Source: a virus. From it: 14,435 nucleotides of DNA. Below are positions 5,892 through 12,259 of the stretch, in pieces (the first letter of the stretch is position 1; each line of letters starts with the position of its first letter). The stretch lies in the UHGV virus genome UHGV-0124609. One strand, written 5' to 3'. The position numbers and the translations under genes were made by a program. The notes under the pieces are model-generated. The model made no database searches. It saw only the letters and a program-made list of their open reading frames with translations, and was not told the origin of the DNA.

Positions 5892-6320
5892 ATGAGTAAC
5901 AAAAACGAAGTATTCGAGTACCTGATTGACCAGCTACGGCAGCAGGTAAATAAGAAAGATGTGACATCTTTCAATGTATCTGTGCAGATATCCGACCTTG
6001 ATGAGGTCAAGCAGGTAGTCCACAACCTACAGCAGCATATCGCAGGTAAGGATGACGAAATACGTGCGCTGAAAGACAGTTTACGGCAGCAGGTAAATAA
6101 CAACCAGTGCGAAGACCTGGCGCATGAGGTGCAGTCACTTAAGAATCAGTTACGTGATGCGTCGGCGCTGGTGGCTGAGTTGCAGAAAGAACTTGATGTC
6201 GCGAATAGCACCGTAGCTCGTTTGAGTAAAGAGGGGGTACAGAGGTGCAACCATGTTTGGTACAGGTACAACTTAGGCGGCTACACTAAGATGTGCCTTA
6301 AATGCGGGCTAAAGAAATGA
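5892..6320 (+). CDS. coiled-coil protein with a C-terminal Cys/His cluster (putative zinc ribbon), 142 aa
   Basis: ATG 5892 preceded by AACGAGAGGAGAGACGGAAG (the track's longer form starts at TTG 5865 inside the previous gene). Translation is heptad-like and Q/L/K/E-rich, with a repeated LRQQVN segment and C-terminal CNHVWYRYNLGGYTKMCLKCG. Confidence 0.8.
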   Translation: MSNKNEVFEYLIDQLRQQVNKKDVTSFNVSVQISDLDEVKQVVHNLQQHIAGKDDEIRALKDSLRQQVNNNQCEDLAHEVQSLKNQLRDASALVAELQKELDVANSTVARLSKEGVQRCNHVWYRYNLGGYTKMCLKCGLKK

Positions 6321-6520
6321 CCAGCATCTTATTTATCTGGGTACTGGCCGCGGGCCATATGCACCTAGCGGCAACAGAAACGTTTTACTCGATGGAGGCG
6401 TGCCAGTCAGCGGCACGCGCCGCGGAGAACGCGCACTTTCTGTTTCAGGGTGACAAGCCCAACGATTCAGAGGTACGCGCTATCTGCTCACCTAAGCGAC
6501 TTAGCAAACAGGAGAAGTGA
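6302..6520 (+). CDS. small protein with an N-terminal hydrophobic segment (signal peptide or membrane anchor), 72 aa
   Basis: ORF in the track; N-terminus MRAKEMTSILFIWVLAAGHMHLAA has a positively charged n-region followed by a hydrophobic stretch. Alternative start ATG 6317 overlaps the upstream stop (ATGA). Confidence 0.7.
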   Translation: MRAKEMTSILFIWVLAAGHMHLAATETFYSMEACQSAARAAENAHFLFQGDKPNDSEVRAICSPKRLSKQEK

Positions 6521-6522
6521 TT

Positions 6523-6774
6523 ATGGTTGTACGATATGACTTAACAGAAGATTTTGCGGGTACAGTAGATATAACGCCTGTCCCGGACTCGCATGAAGGA
6601 CGTTATGTAAGCTACGAAGATTACGCGAAACTCGAAGCCGAACTTCTGGAAATAAAAGCTGCAGCCCGTTGTCTTGTGCGAGAAGCGAGTAAGGTGTATA
6701 GCGATTATAGTGACGTTATAGCGCCTGAGTTTGTAGACCAGCAAACCATATACGAACTGGGCATTCTGCTATGA
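6523..6774 (+). CDS. hypothetical acidic protein, 83 aa
   Basis: ATG 6523 with SD AGGAG at 6510-6514 (8-nt spacer); the track's longer form starts at GTG 6517. Confidence 0.75.
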   Translation: MVVRYDLTEDFAGTVDITPVPDSHEGRYVSYEDYAKLEAELLEIKAAARCLVREASKVYSDYSDVIAPEFVDQQTIYELGILL

Positions 6775-7064
6775 GCCTCGCAACGGACATCCTGGAACGA
6801 AGCGGCCTTGCGCCGCTGGCACCGAGAGCTAAAACACGGATACACAAGCGTCGCCGTAACGCGCTGTACCCTGAGATTCAGGCCAGACGCAAAGCGGTAC
6901 GCGCCTGTGGATTCCAGAACGGGAAGGCTGTGAACCTCGGTGAGTTTAAAACGCAGGAGCGCGCTGCAATCGCTAATCGGTTATTTAATTACTGGAAATC
7001 GCTGGGATACGATGATATCCCGACGAAACCACAGAGGCGACAATACATCTGGCGTCATAAATAA
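6771..7064 (+). CDS. hypothetical basic protein, possibly DNA-binding (weak AP2-like pattern), 97 aa
   Basis: ATG 6771 overlaps the upstream stop (ATGA). Basic N-terminus (KTRIHKRRRN) and the segment GFQNGKAVNLGEFKTQERAAIANRLFNYWKSLGY are consistent with an AP2-like fold; this is a pattern guess only. Confidence 0.7.
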   Translation: MSLATDILERSGLAPLAPRAKTRIHKRRRNALYPEIQARRKAVRACGFQNGKAVNLGEFKTQERAAIANRLFNYWKSLGYDDIPTKPQRRQYIWRHK

Positions 7065-7139
7065 ACCGTTATTAGGATAATTCCTACCCGTGGTATCCTC
7101 CAGTTACTGCATACTTAATACGCACCTGGAGGATTCATC

Positions 7140-7448
7140 TTGGATAAATTTACTGAAACAGTGACGGGGTGGCTTCTCGCTGCCGCACTAGCCGGAGGGG
7201 TAATCGGGCTACGACAACATAAGTCCGTTATTTCAGGCCCAATAGACGGCTTCTGCTTTATTGCAACAGGCTTCACCTGCGCCGTATTTGGTGCACCTCT
7301 TGCGGCCCAATGGTTTGGCATCACGGGCGACCGTGAAATCGCAGGCCTGGGCTTCATTATCGCTATTCTCTGGATGCCTATCTATTCCCGCCTTTCTGGC
7401 ATCGTCGCCGGAGAATACATCGCACGTCGAGGAGGCCCGGATGAATGA
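7140..7448 (+). CDS. holin-like membrane protein (three predicted TM segments, charged C-terminus), 102 aa, TTG start
   Basis: TTG 7140 with SD GGAGGA at 7128-7133 (6-nt spacer) and no in-frame ATG nearby. Hydrophobic segments WLLAAALAGGVIGL, FCFIATGFTCAVFGAPLAAQWFGI and IAGLGFIIAILWMPIY; lies immediately upstream of the endolysin. Confidence 0.7.
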   Translation: MDKFTETVTGWLLAAALAGGVIGLRQHKSVISGPIDGFCFIATGFTCAVFGAPLAAQWFGITGDREIAGLGFIIAILWMPIYSRLSGIVAGEYIARRGGPDE

Positions 7449-7713
7449 GTTATTCTGGTTCGGCGGTATGCTGGCAATCGGAGGCACATCGCTGTTTAAT
7501 GTATACCACTCCAGCGTTGACGACGGACTATTTGGTAGGGTGCTCTATATCCTGACCGCTATTGTCTGTGCCGCCGGATGTATCCACCTGTTACAGGGCA
7601 GCATGTCGCCCACGCTGCCAGAGACATTAATCACATTAGTTGCGCTGCGTCAGATTCGCCAGGCGTGGCTGGCATACGGAGGACATAAGCGTGTCTCGAA
7701 ACATTTCAGATAA
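7441..7713 (+). CDS. second holin-like/antiholin-like membrane protein (at least two TM segments), 90 aa
   Basis: ATG 7441 with SD GGAGG at 7431-7435 (5-nt spacer), overlapping the upstream stop (ATGAATGA). Hydrophobic segments LFWFGGMLAIGGTSLF and VLYILTAIVCAAGCIHLL; basic C-terminus. The track's 7261-7713 ORF is an upstream extension in another gene's coding region. Confidence 0.7.
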   Translation: MNELFWFGGMLAIGGTSLFNVYHSSVDDGLFGRVLYILTAIVCAAGCIHLLQGSMSPTLPETLITLVALRQIRQAWLAYGGHKRVSKHFR

Positions 7714-8179
7714 TGGGCTGCATTTCACCGCCGCATTTGAGGGGTTCCGGGGAACTGCGTATCGCGCTACGCCGAACGAAAAGTACCTGACTATCGGGTA
7801 CGGTCACTACGGCCCAGACGTAACACCCGGTAAGACCATCACACCGGGGCAGGGCCTCCTGTTACTGAATCGCGATATGGCTAAGGCCGTGGCTGCGGGT
7901 GATGCAGCAGCGCACCATTCGCTGACACAGGCGCAGTTCGACGCGGTGTGTGACCTGGTCTATAACGCGGGTGCTGGTGTGATTGGGGTTAATACTGGCA
8001 CGGGTAAGGCGCTGCGTTCTGGTGATATTGCGACGCTGCGTGCTAAGCTGGCGCTGTTTATCAACCAGAACGGCAAACCGCTACTAGGCCTGCGTCGCCG
8101 TACTGCGGGTCGGCTGGCGCTGTTCGACGGTAAACCGTGGCAGGAGGCTGAGGCTATTGGGCGCGCGGTGAAAGGTTGA
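7691..8179 (+). CDS. endolysin, phage lysozyme (GH24 / T4-lysozyme-like family), about 162 aa
   Basis: Translation contains the family hallmarks FEGFRGTAY and TIGYGHYG. GTG 7691 has SD GGAGG at 7678-7682 (8-nt spacer); the track's form starts at TTG 7640 with no SD. The gene overlaps the preceding holin-like gene by 23 nt. Confidence 0.9.
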   Translation: MSRNISDNGLHFTAAFEGFRGTAYRATPNEKYLTIGYGHYGPDVTPGKTITPGQGLLLLNRDMAKAVAAGDAAAHHSLTQAQFDAVCDLVYNAGAGVIGVNTGTGKALRSGDIATLRAKLALFINQNGKPLLGLRRRTAGRLALFDGKPWQEAEAIGRAVKG

Positions 8180-8245
8180 CACCTAAGACCAATCCGACGA
8201 TACTTAAATCACCTCCTGCTCCATCCCTCTGCTCTCCAGTTTTAT

Positions 8246-8277
8246 CCCGGCCCTGACCCAGCCGGGATTTTTTTTTA
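8246..8277 (+). terminator. strong rho-independent terminator after the lysis cassette
   Basis: Stem CCCGGC/GCCGGG at 8246-8251/8261-8266 with a 9-nt loop, followed by ATTTTTTTTTAT. Confidence 0.75.
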
Positions 8278-8298
8278 TCTATTTTCTGTAATGACTAG

Positions 8299-8328
8299 TT
8301 GACTATTACCTACGACCCTACTATATTT
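8299..8328 (+). promoter_or_regulatory. sigma70-like promoter (TTGACT-N18-TATATT) for the 8361-10328 block
   Basis: -35 TTGACT at 8299-8304, -10 TATATT at 8323-8328; the AACGAGA leader motif at 8339-8345 and ATG 8361 follow. Confidence 0.5.
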
Positions 8329-8360
8329 ACTTCGCCGACAACGAGAACGGGGTAGAGAAG

Positions 8361-8510
8361 ATGAAAATCACAGATACCGAAGCATTCAAAGACGCACAAC
8401 TGATGGCACGCATCGCCGTTAGTAACCTGAGCAACAGCATTCCGGCGGACGCGTTCTGGTTCGCTGCGATGCAGACACTGAAAGCAGCTTATGCAGGAGA
8501 GAAGAAATGA
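8361..8510 (+). CDS. small hypothetical protein, 49 aa (not in the ORF track)
   Basis: ATG 8361 preceded by AACGAGAACGGGGTAGAGAAG; open to TGA at 8508-8510, overlapping the next start (ATGA). Translation MKITDTEAFKDAQLMARIAVSNLSNSIPADAFWFAAMQTLKAAYAGEKK. Confidence 0.55.
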   Translation: MKITDTEAFKDAQLMARIAVSNLSNSIPADAFWFAAMQTLKAAYAGEKK

Positions 8511-8704
8511 AAGTTAAAGCCACTAAAATTCTCTGGTTAGCCGCCCTTGACTATGTCACAGAGGGTAAAGTGTATGATGTATACAACCCGACAGCTACTG
8601 GTTTCGGTTATATAGACTCCGACGACGACTGCCATATTTTCATAGACTTTGGTAACGATGACGGTGATGGTTTCCACGGCGTTAAATGGGAGGTTGTAGA
8701 ATGA
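8507..8704 (+). CDS. hypothetical acidic protein, 65 aa
   Basis: Complete ORF in the track; its start overlaps the upstream stop and its stop overlaps the next start (ATGA at both ends). Confidence 0.75.
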   Translation: MKVKATKILWLAALDYVTEGKVYDVYNPTATGFGYIDSDDDCHIFIDFGNDDGDGFHGVKWEVVE

Positions 8705-8862
8705 GTGAACAAGGCCCAATAAACCAACCATTACGAGTAGGTCGTAAAGTCAACCACACCCCGTTCCCGACACGTGAGGAACTGATGAAACGCAACAGTT
8801 TTCCGGGGCCGGACAAGAACAAGTATCTAAATCGCATGTGGGGAGAGCGTAAAAATGACTGA
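8701..8862 (+). CDS. small hypothetical protein, 53 aa (not in the ORF track)
   Basis: ATG 8701 overlaps the upstream stop (ATGA); open to TGA at 8860-8862, overlapping the next gene by 8 nt. Translation MSEQGPINQPLRVGRKVNHTPFPTREELMKRNSFPGPDKNKYLNRMWGERKND. Confidence 0.55.
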   Translation: MSEQGPINQPLRVGRKVNHTPFPTREELMKRNSFPGPDKNKYLNRMWGERKND

Positions 8863-9079
8863 CCGAGACTATGAAAAGATGATGGTAGAGGCCGTTAACA
8901 GCGGCGTAGACATTAGCTACGTGATGCACGTCCTGAATACTAAAATCGCGGTAGCCGAGCAAATAGTTGAGTCGCTTTACGAGACACGCCGTGAACTAAT
9001 TAACCGCTTCAACCTGAACAAAGGTGGCACCAATGCCATCGACACCGACAAAATTCCGGACCTGAACCTGGAGGATTAA
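8855..9079 (+). CDS. hypothetical protein, 74 aa
   Basis: Complete ORF in the track; ATG 8855 preceded by the purine-rich GGGGAGAGCGTAAAA. Confidence 0.7.
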   Translation: MTDRDYEKMMVEAVNSGVDISYVMHVLNTKIAVAEQIVESLYETRRELINRFNLNKGGTNAIDTDKIPDLNLED

Positions 9080-9084
9080 CAAAA

Positions 9085-9384
9085 ATGAGTAGTAGCACAT
9101 TAGATAAAATTGAAAAAATGCAGGTCATCCTGCGAAATATGAAATCAGACATTAAGCGACAGGACCGGTTGAATTCAATAAACAGAATGGAACTAACTAC
9201 GAAGCAAGCGCAGAAGCGCAATGCTGAAGCGGCATGGATAGCAATGGAACAGATTAAGCGCCGTCATGAATTGCATGCCTTGTCTGTTGAGTTGGGGTTT
9301 GCAGAACGAAGGGATGATTATAGCGCAATAGAGTTAACTGACGGATGGCATTGCTTTACTTACAAACCAAGAGAGCCAGATTGA
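9085..9384 (+). CDS. hypothetical protein, 99 aa
   Basis: ATG 9085 with SD GGAGGA (CTGGAGGATTAACAAAAATG). Confidence 0.75.
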   Translation: MSSSTLDKIEKMQVILRNMKSDIKRQDRLNSINRMELTTKQAQKRNAEAAWIAMEQIKRRHELHALSVELGFAERRDDYSAIELTDGWHCFTYKPREPD

Positions 9385-9483
9385 GCCACAAGAAATTTGC
9401 AATTAGCCGTGAGCACGCCGCCGTAGTGGCCGACGATATACGAGAAACGGCGTGGCTTGGTGATGGGATAGTGGGGTGATTAT

Positions 9484-9654
9484 ATGTTCAGTGACATCAA
9501 CGCAGCAATAGAAGAAGCAATCTGGCGTCGCTACAACGGCGAACAGCAACGGCACTTCTGCCTGGTGCAACGGGGTAACATGATTGCTGTAGTGCAGGAC
9601 CGCGACAACAAATATCCGAATGCGATGTGGACAACGAGGAATTTCTTAGGATGA
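9484..9654 (+). CDS. small hypothetical protein, 56 aa (not in the ORF track)
   Basis: ATG 9484 preceded by GGGGTGA; open to TGA at 9652-9654, which overlaps the next start (ATGA). Translation MFSDINAAIEEAIWRRYNGEQQRHFCLVQRGNMIAVVQDRDNKYPNAMWTTRNFLG. Confidence 0.5.
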   Translation: MFSDINAAIEEAIWRRYNGEQQRHFCLVQRGNMIAVVQDRDNKYPNAMWTTRNFLG

Positions 9655-9887
9655 TTACCAGCATCCCAAACCTGATTAAAGAATACGGCACGATGGCCGA
9701 GACATGCCGACAAACCGGCATCAACGAAATGACGATTGCGAAGTACAGCAAAGACGTGAATTGCGAGCGCCACGTAATTTATAACAACCGTCTTATGACG
9801 CACGTTAAGACAAGTCCGGTGTTATTCACGCGCCGTGGTATCACTAAAACTGAGCAACGCATTGCTAAAGAGGAGAGCGGGGGATGA
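9651..9887 (+). CDS. hypothetical protein with a possible helix-turn-helix segment, 78 aa
   Basis: ATG 9651 coupled to the upstream stop; the track's form starts at GTG 9627. The segment MAETCRQTGINEMTIAKY looks HTH-like; this is a weak inference. Confidence 0.7.
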   Translation: MITSIPNLIKEYGTMAETCRQTGINEMTIAKYSKDVNCERHVIYNNRLMTHVKTSPVLFTRRGITKTEQRIAKEESGG

Positions 9888-10066
9888 TTGATATTTTGAA
9901 AGTTACAAATGCCGTTGGCTGCCTGGTGTTTTGGTTGGCGTTTCTCGGTGTGCTGATAAAACAACCGACTTTGTTTAACAGTCTTCCTAGTTATCTGTGG
10001 TGGCCTATGTTTTTAGGCATGGTTGTATCAGGCGTGGCGGGCATCCTTTTGTGGTTTTTCAAATGA
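9884..10066 (+). CDS. small integral membrane protein (two predicted TM segments), 60 aa
   Basis: ATG 9884 overlaps the upstream stop (ATGA), with SD AGGAGAG upstream. Hydrophobic segments AVGCLVFWLAFLGVLI and YLWWPMFLGMVVSGVAGILLWFF. Confidence 0.7.
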   Translation: MIDILKVTNAVGCLVFWLAFLGVLIKQPTLFNSLPSYLWWPMFLGMVVSGVAGILLWFFK

Positions 10067-10178
10067 GATTACTAATAATACCTAACGCCTGGGTTATCGC
10101 TGTAGCTAACGACCATTACGGTGGCGACGGTAAAAGAGCACAACGACACGGCCTATATAACTGATTGGAGAGTGAAAA

Positions 10179-10328
10179 ATGATTGAATTTGATGATGTTT
10201 TATTTGAGAAATATAACGGAAGGGTGTTTTTGACTGTGATGTACGGTGTTTACTCAAAGTCCTTTGACGGGTTTTCGAAAGCAGATTGTATAAATCAACT
10301 ACTATCGTGGGTCGCAAGACGCAAATAA
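10179..10328 (+). CDS. small hypothetical protein, 49 aa (not in the ORF track)
   Basis: ATG 10179 with SD GGAG at 10167-10170 (8-nt spacer); open to TAA at 10326-10328, immediately followed by a terminator. Confidence 0.5.
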   Translation: MIEFDDVLFEKYNGRVFLTVMYGVYSKSFDGFSKADCINQLLSWVARRK

Positions 10329-10337
10329 CCAATAACA

Positions 10338-10362
10338 AGCCCTCTACGGAGGGCTTTTCTGT
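10338..10362 (+). terminator. rho-independent terminator (AAGCCCTC-TACG-GAGGGCTT then TTCT)
   Basis: 8-bp perfect stem at 10338-10345/10350-10357, 4-nt loop, then a T-rich tail. Confidence 0.65.
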
Positions 10363-10389
10363 ACATCCCACCCAATCCACTTATATAAT
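10360..10389 (+). promoter_or_regulatory. candidate promoter for the packaging operon (TGTACA-N18-TATAAT)
   Basis: Consensus -10 TATAAT at 10384-10389; weak -35 TGTACA at 10360-10365. A palindrome follows immediately downstream. Confidence 0.4.
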
Positions 10390-10395
10390 CCCTTT

Positions 10396-10414
10396 AGACG
10401 CGTAGGGCGCGTCT
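10396..10414. promoter_or_regulatory. perfect inverted repeat AGACGCG-N5-CGCGTCT between the promoter and the terS start; candidate operator or 5'-UTR hairpin
   Basis: 7-bp arms at 10396-10402 and 10408-10414 with a 5-bp spacer; a third direct AGACGC half-site lies at 10432-10437. Confidence 0.4.
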
Positions 10415-10454
10415 GGTGCGCTCTGATGGTCAGACGCATATGCAAGGGGATTCT

Positions 10455-11000
10455 ATGAAGCTGAAACTCAAGCAGCCATCGCCAGAGGTGGTGCAAGCTG
10501 CACATGAAGAAGCTGTTAGCGCAAACCGTCGCCGTAAACGACCGCGCGGTAAACAGAGCCTTTATCAATCGTCCCGTAACTCCGCTGCGCTGTGGGACCC
10601 GGACTATTGCGACGAATTGATTAGTTTCTTTGACCGCACGTCATGGGAACTTGTGCCCACGTCTAAGGGTGACGAACGTCCGCTGATTCAGGATAAGCCA
10701 CCATCTCTGGCCCGCTTTGCCTTACACATCGGCGTCACTATCCCTATTATCAAGCTGTGGCTGCGTGAGATTCCCGCATTTGCAGAAGCCTGGGAGACCG
10801 CACAGGCGCTTGAAGAGGCGTACTTCACTGAGACCGGGGCCGCAGGCATCTCGGCTACGTTCGCTGCCGCGAAACTTGGCCTTGGCAAAGAGAAACCGGT
10901 TGAATCCACCGAAGAAACAGCACCAACCGAGATTATTTTTAGTGTTGCGGAGCCTGTAGGTAAAATCGTAACAACGAATATGGGCGAGGTAGAGGAATGA
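10455..11000 (+). CDS. terS: terminase small subunit (putative), 181 aa
   Basis: Lies immediately upstream of the large terminase subunit, with its stop overlapping the terL start (ATGA). The role is inferred from position, size and a basic N-terminus (RRRKRPRGK) ahead of an alpha-helical DNA-binding-like region. ATG 10455 has an AGGGGA SD-like upstream; the track's form starts at GTG 10416, and ATG 10440 is also in frame. Confidence 0.75.
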   Translation: MKLKLKQPSPEVVQAAHEEAVSANRRRKRPRGKQSLYQSSRNSAALWDPDYCDELISFFDRTSWELVPTSKGDERPLIQDKPPSLARFALHIGVTIPIIKLWLREIPAFAEAWETAQALEEAYFTETGAAGISATFAAAKLGLGKEKPVESTEETAPTEIIFSVAEPVGKIVTTNMGEVEE

Positions 11001-12247
11001 GTATTCAGCTATCCGCACCACAGGCACTGTTCCTGAATTGCGATAACAAATACAAAGCCTATGTTGGAGGCTTCGGAAGCGGCAAGACATTTGTCGGCTG
11101 TCTGGACCTGCTTACGTTTATGCTCAAGCACCCCGGTACGCGCCTGGGCTACTTCGGCCCGACCTATCCCGCCATCCGTGACATCTTCTACCCAACATTC
11201 GAGGAAGCGGCTAACCTGCTCGGCCTTGATGTGCTGGTTAAATCCGGCGACAAAGAAGTCGTGGTTACTCGCGGTAAGACGGTGCTCGGGACCGTTATCT
11301 GCCGCTCTATGGATAACCCCGGCTCGATTGTGGGTTTCAAAATCGCCGCAGCATGCGTGGATGAGCTGGACGTATTGAGTCGTGAGAAAGCTGAGCTGGC
11401 GTGGAACAAAATTGTGGCCCGTATGCGTCTGGTTATCCCAGGTGTAACTAACCACATCTCCGTTACCACGACGCCGGAAGGGTTCAAGTTCGTCTACGCC
11501 AAGTTCAAGGAGAACCCGACACCGAGTTACTCGATGGTGCAGGCTTCCACACATGAGAACGCGCGATTCCTGCCGCCGGATTACATTAGCTCGCTGACTG
11601 AGACTTACCCAGCACAGTTGATTAACGCGTATCTGAACGGTGAGTTCGTTAACCTGACCTCCGGCAGCGTGTATTACGCATACGACCGCCGTAAGCACCG
11701 CAGCAAAGAGACAATTCAACCGGGAGACACTTTGTACATCGGGCAGGACTTCAACGTTACGAAGAACGCCAGCGCTGTGTATGTGCAGCGTAAAGACGGC
11801 TGGCATGCGGTGGCTGAACTGAAAGGCCTGTTTGATACGCCAGACACCGTGCGCGTAATTACTGAGAAGTGGAAGTCACAAGGCCACCGCATCGTTGTTT
11901 ACCCGGACGCCAGCGGCAAGAACCGCAAGACAAACTCGGCATCAATCTCAGATATTGCATTACTCCAGCAGGCCGGGTTCGATGTTCGCGCTAAATCCGC
12001 CAACCCCCCGGTTAAAGACCGTGTTTTAGCGGTGAATACCGCGCTGGAAAAAGGTAAGCTGTGGGTTAATGACCACCTATGTCCTGAGATAGCGAAGACG
12101 CTGGAGCAGCAGGCATACGACGATAACGGAGAGCCAGCTAAAGACGGCGTCATTGACCATATGGCGGACGCTCTAGGCTATCCTGTAGTTTACGAGATGC
12201 CGGTGGTTAAACCAGTAATCAACATCCCGGTGACTTTCGCACTTTAA
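10997..12247 (+). CDS. terL: terminase large subunit (ATPase plus nuclease), 416 aa
   Basis: Walker A motif GGFGSGKT near the N-terminus and Walker B-like AAACVDELD; C-terminal half carries conserved Asp residues (IGQDFN, VYPDASG, DGVIDHMADAL) consistent with an RNase-H-like nuclease domain. Confidence 0.9.
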   Translation: MSIQLSAPQALFLNCDNKYKAYVGGFGSGKTFVGCLDLLTFMLKHPGTRLGYFGPTYPAIRDIFYPTFEEAANLLGLDVLVKSGDKEVVVTRGKTVLGTVICRSMDNPGSIVGFKIAAACVDELDVLSREKAELAWNKIVARMRLVIPGVTNHISVTTTPEGFKFVYAKFKENPTPSYSMVQASTHENARFLPPDYISSLTETYPAQLINAYLNGEFVNLTSGSVYYAYDRRKHRSKETIQPGDTLYIGQDFNVTKNASAVYVQRKDGWHAVAELKGLFDTPDTVRVITEKWKSQGHRIVVYPDASGKNRKTNSASISDIALLQQAGFDVRAKSANPPVKDRVLAVNTALEKGKLWVNDHLCPEIAKTLEQQAYDDNGEPAKDGVIDHMADALGYPVVYEMPVVKPVINIPVTFAL

Positions 12248-12259
12248 GAGGATTATTCA

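Noticed and set aside
7065-7139. Inverted repeat AGGATA…TATCCT (7074-7079 / 7094-7099) upstream of the holin gene
   Set aside because: Only 6-bp arms with a 14-nt loop and no flanking conservation; too weak to call a regulatory hairpin or operator.
7261-7713. 150-aa form of the second holin-like gene and the TTG-7640 form of the endolysin in the ORF track
   Set aside because: The upstream extensions overlap the preceding genes in other frames and lack RBS support; SD-supported internal starts (ATG 7441, GTG 7691) give proteins with sensible N-termini.
9381-9479. Possible 32-aa ORF with a TTG start in the 99-bp gap between the 9085-9384 and 9484-9654 genes
   Set aside because: TTG start with no clear SD; the gap also contains a copy of the ACGAGA leader motif and is more simply an intergenic or regulatory spacer. 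Left unannotated, though a micro-gene is possible.
4579-10568. Minus-strand ORFs scattered through the rightward early and late blocks (4579-4767, 5019-5249, 5576-6103, 5701-5967, 6541-6744, 7115-7357, 7233-7487, 8537-8731, 8750-8962, 9009-9221, 9497-9751, 9531-9803, 9779-9964, 10153-10380, 10344-10568)
   Set aside because: Each is antisense to tightly coupled plus-strand genes with SD-supported starts; none has its own promoter or RBS, and several cross terminator hairpins.
11009-11806. 265-aa minus-strand ORF and other antisense or out-of-frame ORFs (10688-11487, 11899-12153) within terS/terL
   Set aside because: Antisense to terL, which carries clear Walker A/B motifs; Arg/Val/Cys-rich translation typical of antisense frames; no start signals.
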